Source: Mobula hypostoma
Lineage: Eukaryota
Assembly (NCBI RefSeq): GCF_963921235.1
Contig: NC_086097.1
Location: 151,344,001 to 151,408,000 of the forward strand
DNA: 64,000 nt
Direction of reading: 5' to 3'
Position 1 is the stretch's first letter, and each line of letters begins with the position of its first letter. Positions 26,610 to 37,789 of this stretch are shown one piece after another. The notes under the pieces are model-generated. The model did no database searches. It was not told the DNA's origin and saw only the letters and a list, made by a program, of their open reading frames with translations. Made by a program: the position numbers and the translations under genes.

Positions 26610-27150
26610 TCACTATTTTCAGCTGTGACGGTATCCCGCAAACGGTAAGCTGGTGTAGAAGGTTAGATCACAGAATCTAGGGTGAGTTAGCCAATTTAGT
26701 ACCAAATTGACTTGGACTTAATTCTCTGCATTTGAAGGGTTGTGTTTTTTTTTCCAGATTGGAGATTTCTGAATGGCGATGTGCTGCAGGGATTGGTGCT
26801 ATGTCCACTTTTTTTTTAATGATTTAAATGATGTATTATTAACATGGACACATCAAAATTGGTGGTGTCAACAGTAAAGAAGGTTATCAGAGTTTAGAAA
26901 AGGATCTAAACCAACTTTGGAAGCGGATCAGAGAATAGCAAATAGAATTAATGAAGTCAAACCCTGCCAAATGCAAGGTGTTGCATTTTGGGAAGTTAAA
27001 CCATAGGAGGACATTCACAGTAAATAATAGAACCCTTAAGAAGTGTTGTAGAATAGAGGGACCTGGAGGTATAGGTAATTTTTCCAAAAAAATGAGCAGA
27101 TGGTCAAACAAGTTTGTAATATTACGTTGTTTGGCTGAATATTGGAGACC
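26610..27150 (+). mobile_element. Degraded CR1 RT fragment
   Basis: ORF 26951-27190 contains 'NPAKCKVLHFGK'. Confidence 0.6.
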
Positions 27151-27462
27151 ATCTGCAAATTTTCTGCTTGGCAACGTGGACTGGAGTTAAAATCTCTGCG
27201 ACTGAATAACTTGATCAGTTCTGAAGGGTTAAAAGATTGTTTTGCTACCTGGCATGCTGTGTTTCTGGTTAAGCCAAAACCCCGATTGCTAAACAATGCA
27301 TATTCACCAGATTCGTTTTACTTTTCGATTGAGAACTAAGTTGCAATTCACCAAAGAATTGAACAATACATTCTGTTGAGTGCAAAACCTCTGTTATATT
27401 CCCAGAACTCAACATTTGTGGAGATCTTCAAGTTTTGTTTTTTTTTTCTCTCTCTCTCTCAG

Positions 27463-27475
27463 TATTTACCAAAAG
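27463..27475 (+). other. Candidate 13-nt microexon of an unidentified host gene
   Basis: ~28-nt polypyrimidine tract then CAG|TATTTACCAAAAG|GTAAGT, a near-consensus acceptor and donor. Confidence 0.55.
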
Positions 27476-27593
27476 GTAAGTAACAATTGGGTGTTATTGT
27501 TCCCTTTCCATCTTTCATCAAGTGCAAGGTCCTCTACATAATTAGAAATCTTTTTCCTAAAGATTGTAATTTAATCATCTATTTTGCTTTCAG

Positions 27594-27661
27594 AGAAAAT
27601 GTAAAACAGGATTTATACTACTTCAGCTTTTATACATGTACTTTAAAGCACTAGTATTTCG
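27594..27661 (+). other. Candidate 68-nt exon of an unidentified host gene
   Basis: ttttgctttCAG|AGAAAATG...GTATTTCG|GTAAGA. One frame is open (RKCKTGFILLQLLYMYFKALVF). Lies in apparently non-repetitive sequence. Confidence 0.5.
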
Positions 27662-29246
27662 GTAAGAACAGCTTGAAGTATGTAGATTTGAAGTAATATG
27701 TGGGGTCAGGGTGTATTTTTTTCAATTCCCATAGACCTGGAGAAATAAAAAAAACAGTATTTGCATGATTTGTATTACTTGGTATTGCTTTTTTCTGTCA
27801 CATTTTTCCATTTGCTGCTTAATCTGTATATATTCCTTTTGCAGCTTTTTGCATGAGATCACTGCTCACCTACCTGTTTATCATTAATGCATTACTATTT
27901 TCATCAAATTATTATTTTTTCACCTTGAATCCTTTGTATGAATTCATCAGTAAAGCTGACATTGATATTTTGGTTCAGATCTTTTACTTGTGCTTCAACT
28001 CATCAGAATAGGGTTTATTGTCTATTGTCTTGTATGACGTGAAATTTGTTGTGCAGCAGCAAACTTTGCAAGGCCATAAAACTACTATAAATTACAAAAT
28101 AGTGCAAAAAAGAGGAGCAATCAGCATTCGTGGACCATTCAGAAACCTGATGGCAGAGGGGAAGAAGTTGTTTCTGAATTGCATGTGTGTCTTCAGGCTC
28201 CTTAAACTGTTAGTTTGTGTATAGTTTCACTGTACGAATTGTCAGGAGGGGACAGAATGAAATAACTAGCTTTGTCAATTCATTATCTGTATTTTTAGGG
28301 GAGGATGAAAATGTAATTATCAGTATGCATTTGGGCTCTGTGACATAGCTCATTAGTGGAACTGATCATTGAAATTGAAACCCCAATGGTTTGACAATAC
28401 AATAAAGTCAGTGTTCTAATATTCCTGTCAGAATGGGAAAAATAGTGTATATTTGTGAAAATCAAAAAAAATAATCTAATGTACTGCAGTGACTCAGAAT
28501 TCATCCAGTTCAGTAGCTGAGCAGTATGAACTATTTATAACCCAAGGGTGATCCTTGGTATGTGTTTGAGCTAATTTTGAAAATGTTGCACTTGGCACCA
28601 ATGCCTTGGTTAAGGAAAGCAGAATTTAATCTAGCAGTCCTTGTTGGACACGTATCTGTGGTGTATGAGATGAAGGAGGATTAGTCTTAAATGCTTGCTT
28701 CAGTATATTAAGGTTGCTTTTAAAAAGGCAGAATAGTAAGCTCAAAACTTGAAATCTGAGAGGTCAGTGGACTGGAATAAGAACATGGGCAAAACATGGG
28801 GGTGAGAGGAGATGGGGTGAGGGGGTTATCATAATGGGGAAGAACCGATAAGAACAGGGGGAAAAAATCAAGGAAGTGGTTACCGGAAGACAGATAAATC
28901 AATATTCATGTCATCTGATTGGAAACTACCTGGACAGAATATGAGGTATTACTCCAAATGCATTTGACTGTATGGCAGTAGATAATCCCCAAAGCCTAAT
29001 CAAGTGTATTGTTGGATGCTAGGTGTCAAAAGGGTGGCCTGGGAGCATCAGGGTAGGGGAGTCCAAAGCTAAGGGCATAAATTTAAGATGAGAAGGGAAA
29101 TAATTAAAGGAGGCCTGAGGGGAATTTTTCCCATGCAGGGTGGTGAATGATTAGACCAGGCTACCAGAGGAAATGGTAGAGGCAAGTACAATTATGGCAC
29201 TTTAAGAGGCAGATTCAAATTCTTAGTTTAAATTGTGTAATCATAA

Positions 29247-29432
29247 GCAAGAGAAAATTTGCAGTCGCTGGAAATCTGAACAACAAACACAAAATGCTGG
29301 AGGAACTCAGTGTGCCAGGCAGCCTCTGTGGAAAAGAATACAGTTGACTTTTTGGCCCTAAATGTCGACTGTACTTTTTTCCATAGATGCTGCCTGGCCT
29401 GCTGAGTACTGTAGCATTTTGTGTGTTGCTTA
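29247..29432. mobile_element. Mini Penelope-derived fold-back element
   Basis: 'cacaaaatgctggaggaactcag..ggaaaagaatacagttgac' followed by its inverse 'gtcgactgtactttttcc..gctgagt..agcattttgtgtg'. Confidence 0.7.
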
Positions 29433-29513
29433 ACTTGTTTCTTATTAAGTTTTCCAATGATAGCAATGTTTTTAGGTCAGTTTTCCATAGTCAAAATCCT
29501 CAATTTAACTAAC

Positions 29514-29645
29514 ATCATCATCATCAGGTGCCATGTCCAGTTTGAGCTTTGACTGCCATGGCCCACACACTCCTGTTTCGGGTCAAGTGGATCAATTCAT
29601 TGGTACTCATTTCCAGTTCTCTGGCTGCTGTCTCCATTGTCATTT
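29514..29645 (-). mobile_element. Short 3' end of an RTE-type LINE
   Basis: Minus strand encodes ..ELIHLTRNRSVWAMAVKAQTGHGT* followed directly by a (TGA)n tail. Confidence 0.6.
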
Positions 29646-30646
29646 AACTATATGGAATTATAACTACACATTTTTCATAAGGACAATTGAAATTTAATTT
29701 CAGGGATTGTGTTTTAGCCTTGGTCAACATGGTTACTTAAAAGAATGTTTTTCATATGACTCCAATTTCATTCTAAATTGAGTAATAATCATTCTGAGTT
29801 TAATTTCCTATCAGTCACCAGGTAGCATTTATGTTCAGTGCTTGTCAAAAGAAGATATTTGCTTAACACTTGGCTTGGATTTTTAAGGTGCATTTTTCAG
29901 TTGGTTGCAGGCAGGTGAATGAAAGTTTAAAGACACATTGCCTCAAGCAATATTATACCTCTGAACAGATCTTGCGTAATGCGCCCCTGTTGAACATCCG
30001 TATCGTGAACTGCACAAAGATCATCAGTAAAGCTTATTTGCCCCCCCCTCCCCGCCACCATGGGGATATGGGCCCAAGAGTTGGTATGAGAGGATCATGA
30101 TTGCTCAGTGCGTGGAAGGCTACCTGAAGATTAAGCATTTGATCCCCTGGAATACTGGGTGTTGGGTACATAGCTCTTGGCTTGATTAGTTGAAGAGAGG
30201 GGTAGGCTTAACACCAAGTTTGGAGCTGGGAGAGAGAGGAGCTGCTTACTCTCAGGTATTGGGTGGATATTATATTTGGGTGGCCAGTCGTAACAGGGAT
30301 TATACCTGAGCCAGGTTTCCAGCATTGACCTCTGAGCCTGGGTCCTGCACAAGCCATCTCTTCAGTTACATTGTTGCAGGCTTCTTGAACATTGTAAAAT
30401 CCTGTTTTTACCTGAAGGGATAGCAAATCATGCAGGCTACATGTGAACCTTCTATTTGAAAATAGGAGTGCCCTTGAGCCTCTGCTACTCGTGGACTGGC
30501 TTGCTCTGGTTCTCCCTCCCTTGCTTCCACAACACAATTTAAATCCTTCCAAGTAGAGCTTAGAAACCTCCCCAACATTTTGAATGCAAACACTCCTTTT
30601 TATATAGGTTCCACGTGCCCTGGAAGAGATCCCAATGATCTAGATA

Positions 30647-32278
30647 CAGGTGTCCCCCACTTTTTGAATGTTCGCTTTACGAAACCTCACTGTTACGAAA
30701 GACCTACATTAGTTACCTGTTTTTGCTAACAGAAGGTATTTTCACTGTTACAAAGAAAGGCAGCACGTGGAGAAAATCAGCGCGCGATAAAATAAGCAGC
30801 ACGCGCTCTGAGCAGCCGCTCTTCCTCTGGATTTGGAATGGCATTCTCACCACCATTGCTTAAACACGTGCCTGTGAGCAGCCATTTGCAAGATGTTGGA
30901 AAAACCTGAAAGAGCTCGTAAGGGTGTTACTCTTAGCATAAAACTAGACATAATTAAGCGTTTCGATTGTGGTGAACGAAGTAAGGACAAAGTGAGTTTG
31001 GCTTGTGGAAGTTGACAAAGCGGATGTTTTGGCATCCCGTGACCAAGAACTGATAGATGAAGAGCTGATGCAATTGGAAGAGGAAAGGATATCAATCGAA
31101 ACCGAATTCAGTAGCGAAAGTGAAGTCGTCCAGGAACTGAACGTGAAGCAACTACGTGAGATTTTCGCTGCAATGATAAAGTACAACTTTAATTTTGAAA
31201 GGGTATGTCGGTTTAGGGCGTATTTGCAAGATGGTTTGAGTGCTTACAAAGAACTGTATGATAGAAAAATGCGCGAGGCTCAGCAGTCAAGCAAGCCTTC
31301 CACATCAGCCACAGCAGACGACGAACCTCGACCTTCGACATCGAGGCAGGCAGACATAGAAGAAGATGAGCTGCTTGCCCTAATGGAAACAGATGACGAG
31401 ATGACACCCCAGTGTCCCACTATCCCAACCCTCAGGCCGCGGACTGATACCAATTCACAGAGAATGCAGCTGTAGCCGAGAGGCACACAGCACATCTTTA
31501 AGAAAAAAGCCGAAATAAACATGCTAATTAATTAGGTGCCGCCAGGCACGTAAATATCGGCCCAGATCAGAGGTGATTGCCGATTGCGTCGCCTCTGATC
31601 TGGGCCGACAATTACTTGCCGGGCAGCACCTAATTAATTAGCTTGTTTATTTCGGCTCTTTTCTTAAAGATGCGCTGTGTGCCTCCCGGCTACCGCTGTA
31701 CTCCTGCATGCTTCACAGATCGGTATCGGTTCGCTGCTCGGGGGTGGGGGCCACTGCACCACCCCAACCTGCGACGACTCAGCCTAACACGCCATCATCA
31801 GTGTTCTCTGCACTGTCTTCCCGATTCCTGTAAGTGATACTACATTGTACATACATTATTTCTACTTTATATAGGCTGTGTATTTTTATGTGTTATTTGG
31901 TATGATTTGGCAGCTTCATAACTTAAAGGTTACTGGAGAGAGTGTTTTTACCAACAGTGCTTGTGTGAGATTTTCTTCCAAGAGCACTTGTGTGAGATTT
32001 TCGCTACGGAGAGCAGTGCTGGCAATGATTGTGGAGAAGTATTTCTACTTTATATAGGCTGTGTATTTATCATATCGTTCATGCTTTTACTATATGTTAC
32101 TGTTATTTTAGGTTTTGTGTGTTATTTGGCATGATTTGGTAGGTTATTTTTGGGTCTGCGAACGCTCACAAAATTTTCCCATATAAATAAATGGTAATTG
32201 CTTCTTCGCTTTACGACGTTCCGGCTTACGAACCATTTCATAGGAACGCTCTACCTTCGGATGGTGGGGGAAAACCTG
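30647..32278 (+). mobile_element. Internally deleted Tigger-type element with a central palindrome
   Basis: TA|CAGGTGTCCCCC and GGGGGAAAACCTG|TA. Retains the transposase N-terminus (RARKGVTLSIKLDIIKRF) and the acidic C-terminus (ORF 31005-31475) but no DDE domain. Confidence 0.88.
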
Positions 32279-32814
32279 TATTTGAAGCCCTTCTCCCTAC
32301 ATGAGTTCTTTAACTACACATTCAACTATATTGTCTTTCTATTTCCGGCCTCAGTAGGTGGTGGCAGTAGAAGTAATCCTGAGATCACAACCCTAGAGTT
32401 CCCTGCTTTTTAACTTCTAGCATATTCTCTATGTAGGAGCACATCTGTTTTCTTGCCATTTCAAGAATACAAATATGGCACAAGATCTTCGGCTACTTGC
32501 CTTCCCTTTTTCAAAATGTGCCTTATCTGCTCAGGAACATACTTAACTCTGGCATGGGGAGGCAGCATACCATTGTAGAATTGTGCTTGTGTGCCTTTTC
32601 TGTTCCCATGAGCACAGTGTATCCTCTCACTGTAACTGGCTTTGACCTGACAGCACACCTGACTGCAGGAAGATCAGTAATGTGGCTGCTGTTGTTGCTT
32701 TCTCCTGAGAGGCTACTTATTTTGATGGTTTCCAAGATGTTATACTTGTTAAAGAGGGGAATAGCTGTGAGGCCTTTGTACAACCTTCCTGCCTCTCTTC
32801 ACAGTCATCCATCT

Positions 32815-33479
32815 TGTAAACGTAAATTTGCTGGATCAAATAACGACAGTACAAAAAGATCATTACTTATCTTTTCACCTGTTTATTTCTTTGAGCTCAG
32901 CCGGTGAGTGAATTTGGACCCGACATCAGGGAGAGAATCTTTCTCATCTCCCCGGCAGTTCTACAAGTTCACTGCCTGATGTCAGAATTGTCAGAAGTTA
33001 TAAGGCCACCGATACAAAAGAACAATCAATTTGATAAGCATTCCAGCCAAGTCAATGGACTATTGATACAAAGAACAATCAGTTTGATAACCATTCCGGC
33101 CAAGTTAATGGACTACTGATACAAAAGAACAATCAGTTTGATAGACCTCCAGCCACCTTAATTAAAGAAAGGAATGTCCTACCTGGTTTGCTGGAGCCAC
33201 AACTTAATTACAAAGATAAGATCATTCGTCAAATTTATGCTTTAATTGAGAAAGGAATGTTCTGTCTAATTTCCATCAGGTACTGCTTTTTGTCAAAATC
33301 AAAAGTTGTGAAAAGCCCAGAGATATCTTATGTGGATCTGGGCGAACTTTAACCCTTATCTTGCTGCAAAGAAAGCATGTGAGACATTATTCAAACACAC
33401 TGCAGTCACAGACATAGTCAGTACTTAATCCACTTTTTACAGAAATCTCAGAATCCCCCATTTCCCTATACTTTTATCA
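32815..33479 (-). mobile_element. Solo LTR (665 bp) with internal ~54-bp tandem repeat
   Basis: TG...CA termini with TSD ATCT (32811-32814 / 33480-33483); the host CR1 reading is restored on removal. Minus-strand AATAAA near 32882 and TATAA near 33000. Confidence 0.78.
33011..33155. repeat. ~53-54 bp tandem repeat, ~2.7 copies, inside the LTR
   Basis: GATACAAAAGAACAATCARTTTGATA begins at 33011, 33065 and 33118, with similar intervening sequence. Confidence 0.85.
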
Positions 33480-34029
33480 ATCTCTCTGGCTGAACCTACC
33501 ATGTGACCACATCCCTGAAATTTATCTGTGATACTTTCTGCCCCCTGTATACATCCCAGTAAGTCCAACTACCACTCCAATTTAATAATGCAGTCTGAGA
33601 GGATCTGCAGCTGGGCATACTTCCTGCTATATCGACAGTATGGAAAATCTGCTCATCTGGTACCATGGGTCCCAAGTATGCAGAGTGACTTATGCTGTAC
33701 TTTGCACTTTGCAGTACCATATCAGAAATAAAAATAAAGATGAGATATTCAATAGAAAAATATTTATTTGGGAAGTGCAATGAAATAAATGTACAAAACT
33801 GCTTATAAATTCCAGTTAAAAACTAACTTTTATCCCCATAAGAGAATTGAATATCGTTTGTATCTGTCTTAATTACATACTGCCTTCAATATATGGAGTA
33901 TGTAATTGGACAGAAAAGCTAAAGGGGGGACAATTCAAAATTAATTTGTTTCAAATGATTTTAATAGAAAAAATTAGAGATATTTCTGTGAAAATCCAGA
34001 TGAAATGGGTGGTAAAAAATTTCAATTAA

Positions 34030-35342
34030 AAACATTGATTAAAGAGCTTAAGGTAAAACAACCCTTCAGGGAAAGTGATCATAATATGACTGAAATCACC
34101 TTGAAATTTGACAAACTAAAGTCAGGTGTGTCAGTATTACAGTGGACTGAAGGGAATTACAGAGGCATGAGAGAAGTTGGCCATATTGACTGGTTGGCTC
34201 ATGAGAGAAATTGACTGGAAAAGAACACTGGCAGGGATGATGGCAGAGTGGCAGTGGCTGGAATTTCCGGAACCAATTCAGAAGGCACAGGATATATGCA
34301 TCCCAACGAGGGAGAAGTAATCTAAAGCCAAGATGACACAACTGTGGCTAACAAGGGAAGTCAAAGCCAGTATAAAAGCCAAAGAGAGAACATATAATAG
34401 AGCAAAAGTTAGTGGGAAGTTAGAGGATTGGGAAGGTTTTAAAACAAAACAGCAGAAGGTAACTTTAAAAAAAGGTCAATAAGAAGGTAAAGATGGAATA
34501 TATGAAAGTAAGCTAGCCAGTAATATTACAGACGATATCAAAAGTTTCTTCAGATACATCCTGTTTAAAAAAAAAAGTGTGACCGTAGAAGAAATGGAAG
34601 TTGCTTACTATTTTCTAAATGGAAAGAAAATACAAAAATCTGAGGCACAAAGGGACACAGGATTCCCTAAAGGTTAGTTTACAATTTGAATCTGTGGTGA
34701 GGAAGGCAATGCAATGTTGGCATTCATTTCAAGAAGGCTAGAATATAAAGGTAAGGATGGAATGTTGAGACTTTACAAAGCACAGTTGAGGCCATACTTA
34801 GAAAATTGTGAGCAGGTTTGGACCCCTTGTCTTAGAAAGTATGTGCTGAAACTGGAAGGTTCAAAGGAGGCTCACTAAAATGATTGCTGGATTGAGTGGC
34901 TTGTCAAATGAAGAGCATTTGATGGCTCTGGGCCTGTATTCACTAGAATTCAGAAGAAGGAGGGGTGACCTCATTGACCCATATTGAATGGTGAAAGGCT
35001 TTAATAGAGTGGATGTGGTGAGGATGTTTCCTGTGGTGGGAGATTCTAGCATCAGTGGACACAGCCTCAGAATAGAGGGACGTCGTTGTAGAATGGAGAT
35101 GAGGAATTTATTTGGCCAGAGAGTGGTGAATCTGTGGAATTCGTTGCCACAAGCAGCTGTAGAGGCCAAATGTTTACAAATATTTAACGCAGAGGTTGAT
35201 AGATTCTTGATTGGTCAAGGGATGAAGGGATATGGGGAGAAGGCAGAAGACTAGGGCTGAGAGAGAAATGGATCTGTCATGATGAGATGGCAGAGCAGAC
35301 TCGATGGGCTGAAAGAGCAGAATCTGGCTATATGTCTTATGG
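34030..35342 (+). mobile_element. CR1 LINE with large internal deletion of the RT core
   Basis: Pre-RT linker region (34030-34560) is joined directly to the post-RT region and 3' end (ORF 34988-35254 'GQRVVNLWNSLPQAAVEA'). Confidence 0.78.
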
Positions 35343-35424
35343 TCAAATAAATGCAGATCATTTTGTAACTAATTATATTCTTGTAGTTTCACTGACCACT
35401 AACTAGTTGGTAGTTTCAAAATTT

Positions 35425-36415
35425 TGATAGATACTTTAGCGATCCCAAAGGAAATTGCCATGTCACAGTAGCATTATAAGTGCACAGATATAAATATTAG
35501 AAGAGAAGTAGAAAGAATACAAAATGCTACCACAAACAGTTTAGTAGGAGGGGGATCATCACTCCCCCGGCAATAGGTTGACACATTATAAAACTTGAAG
35601 GTTGCGGGTGAAAATAACTTCATGTGGTGCTATTTGGAGCAGCGCAGTTGATTCAGTCTTCTGCTAAAAGTGCTTCTCTGTTCAGCCAAGGTGGCTTGCA
35701 GAGGGTGAGAAACATTGTCCAGGATTTTCCAGCAACATACATCAAAGTTGCTGGTGAACGCAGCAGGCCACTGCGTTCACCAGCAACTTTGATGTGTGTT
35801 GCTTGAATTTCCAGCATCTGCAGAACTCCTGTTGTCCAGGATTTTCCTTTTGTTCTACCACAGCCCCCAGTATATCCAGTTTGACTCCTACAACAAAAGA
35901 GCGAGCCTTTCTAATCAGTTTATTGAGCCCATTGGTATCACCATTGATGCCATTGCCCTTGTACACCACCGCGTAGAAGATTGTACTGGCAACAACGGAC
36001 TAGTAGAACATGTGAAGGAGAGGCCTGCATACTCCAATGGACCTCAGTTTCCCCAGGAAGTAGAGGCAACTCTGGCCCTTGTGCACTTCCTATGTGGTGC
36101 TCCACTCAAGTCTGTTATCCATGTGCACCCCCAGGTACTTGTAGGTCCTCACCATATTCACATCCTACCATCAATAGTAACAGGGAGCAGTGCAGGCTTA
36201 GTCATAACGTCCTTCACTGTCTCCTTTGTCATACTAATGTTGAGCTGCAGATGATTCAGCTTGCACCATTTGTCAAAGTCCTCCACCAGGGCCCTGTATT
36301 CATCCTCCTGTCCTCCCTTTATATACCCAACTATTGCTGAGTTATCAGAGAATTTCTGCAGATGACATGACTCAGTGTTGTATCTAAAGTCCGAGGTATA
36401 CAGGGTAAACAGGAA
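35425..36415 (-). mobile_element. Rex1/Babar-type LINE fragment
   Basis: Minus strand 'NKLIRKA..VVGVKLD' and a 'KFSDNS' RT motif near 36340-36355; related to 948-1488. Confidence 0.75.
35731..35831. repeat. 101-bp Penelope-derived hairpin insertion with 16-bp flanking duplication
   Basis: Arms 35731-35763 and 35771-35803 with a 7-nt loop; TTGTCCAGGATTTTCC at 35715-35730 and 35832-35847. Confidence 0.85.
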
Positions 36416-36489
36416 GTTGGTTCTATAATTGAAGATTTGCTGTGAGCTAGCCTCTCGGATTGCATGTCTAAGATTTAATTAATTCACTA

Positions 36490-37224
36490 TATGATGGATA
36501 CTGGCTAATTGAGCCATCAGCTATATGGGGCAGCTGCTTAATTGGGACAACCCTTAAAGAACAAAGACTAATCAAAGGTAGCTCCCTTTGTTTATTTGGG
36601 ACACAGTTTCTAATTAACGTAGGTCTTATGCACTTGTGTGGCTGTTATACGTCACTGTTCTTAGGGCAAATGGCAGCAGTTGTGTGTGTTTGTGTTCAAA
36701 AAGCAGTGATTTTTGTCACTGATAGTTGGCGAGAAACAAGTGGTTTCAGAACGACCATTCAGAACTGTTATGCTCAATGAGGTTTCAAGCATTCAGGCTT
36801 GGAGATGCCTGAAATGGGACAGGGGTGAAAATGAAACTACTTCAAGTAAGGAATAGTTAAGGTATTGATGATCATCTTGAATGTTACAATGAAAATGAAA
36901 ATTTGGGGAATGCAGTTGTCTAAAGCATTGTATTAAGACATCCATTATCTGCACTAGGTGTCTGCGCTGATTTTGTTCATTTGCAGTCAATCAAAAATAT
37001 GGCAGATCAGATGAATTAATAACTTGGGAATTAATATGCAGTTTCATAGTAATGTAGAGGTACTAGTCGTTGTCTAATTTGTTCTGTATTTCAATTAAGT
37101 ACAGAAATTGTTACTCAGTTAAACTGTAGTTTGTCTTTTTTATGTTAACTATTTCCATGAAACTTCGGCTAATTGGGCCAAAATATACTGGTCGCGATAC
37201 GTCTCAATTATCTGGAATTCACTA
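36490..37224. mobile_element. Second copy (inverted, decayed) of the Tigger-like element at 2917-4462
   Basis: Reverse-complement homology throughout (e.g. 'tttcaagcattcaggcttggagatgcc' vs 'ggcatcttcaagcgtgaatgcttgaaa'); ends 'tctggaattcactata'. Confidence 0.65.
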
Positions 37225-37789
37225 TAGTTAAATGACAATTTGAACAATAAATCAAGTTTTAATTAGTATTTATAGTTTATTCAATTGTTTTGTTGCAGTG
37301 AAGAGAAATGTTTGGATCACTCAGTCTCAATGCAATGGATTTTAATTTTAAAATTTGTTTGCTGTTAAGTATTGCAACATATCTTGGACTATACACTGAT
37401 TTCAAGGAACTAAAACTTTGAATCCCAGCTCTGTCCTTTCAGGGAACAGCTAATTTAGCGTCATCTCATTTTTAGTAATAGTAGTAAGTCCTGACTGAAT
37501 TGTGAGGTTAAGTTCCCTGTCTCTGATCTACTCTGATACATTGAATTATTCTATTCCAAAAAGCTAAATTAACCTCATATCTGTTTTAATGGATGTTCTC
37601 ACTGCAATATTTAATGAAGAGAATGTAACCAACATTAACTCTTTGCTTTCTAGTAAATATTTCTGTTGTTTTGGGGACTTGTTTCCTATAATTGGCTTCT
37701 GTCTGCTTTCAAGGATTAAGGGCACTGCAAAATTAGGTTTTATTTTATTCTTTAAAGAAATAGGCAAACTTTGAATAAGTAAAAGTTTG

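Larger units (their letters stand above)
30530..33720 (-). mobile_element. Decayed CR1 ORF1 (esterase-like) region, interrupted by the Tigger element and a solo LTR
   Basis: Removing 30647-32280 restores CREKGFKYLDHWDLFQGTWNLYKK; removing 32815-33483 restores VQPERWMTVKRGRK. Both resemble CR1 ORF1. Confidence 0.6.

Noticed and set aside
31005..31475. 156-aa acidic ORF as a novel protein
   Set aside because: It is the C-terminal remnant of a Tigger transposase, and the frame is not preserved in the second copy at 44237-45811.
33011..33155. CRISPR-like pattern of a 26-bp repeat with ~27-bp spacers
   Set aside because: The spacers resemble each other, so this is a plain tandem repeat inside an LTR; the context is eukaryotic and no cas genes are present.
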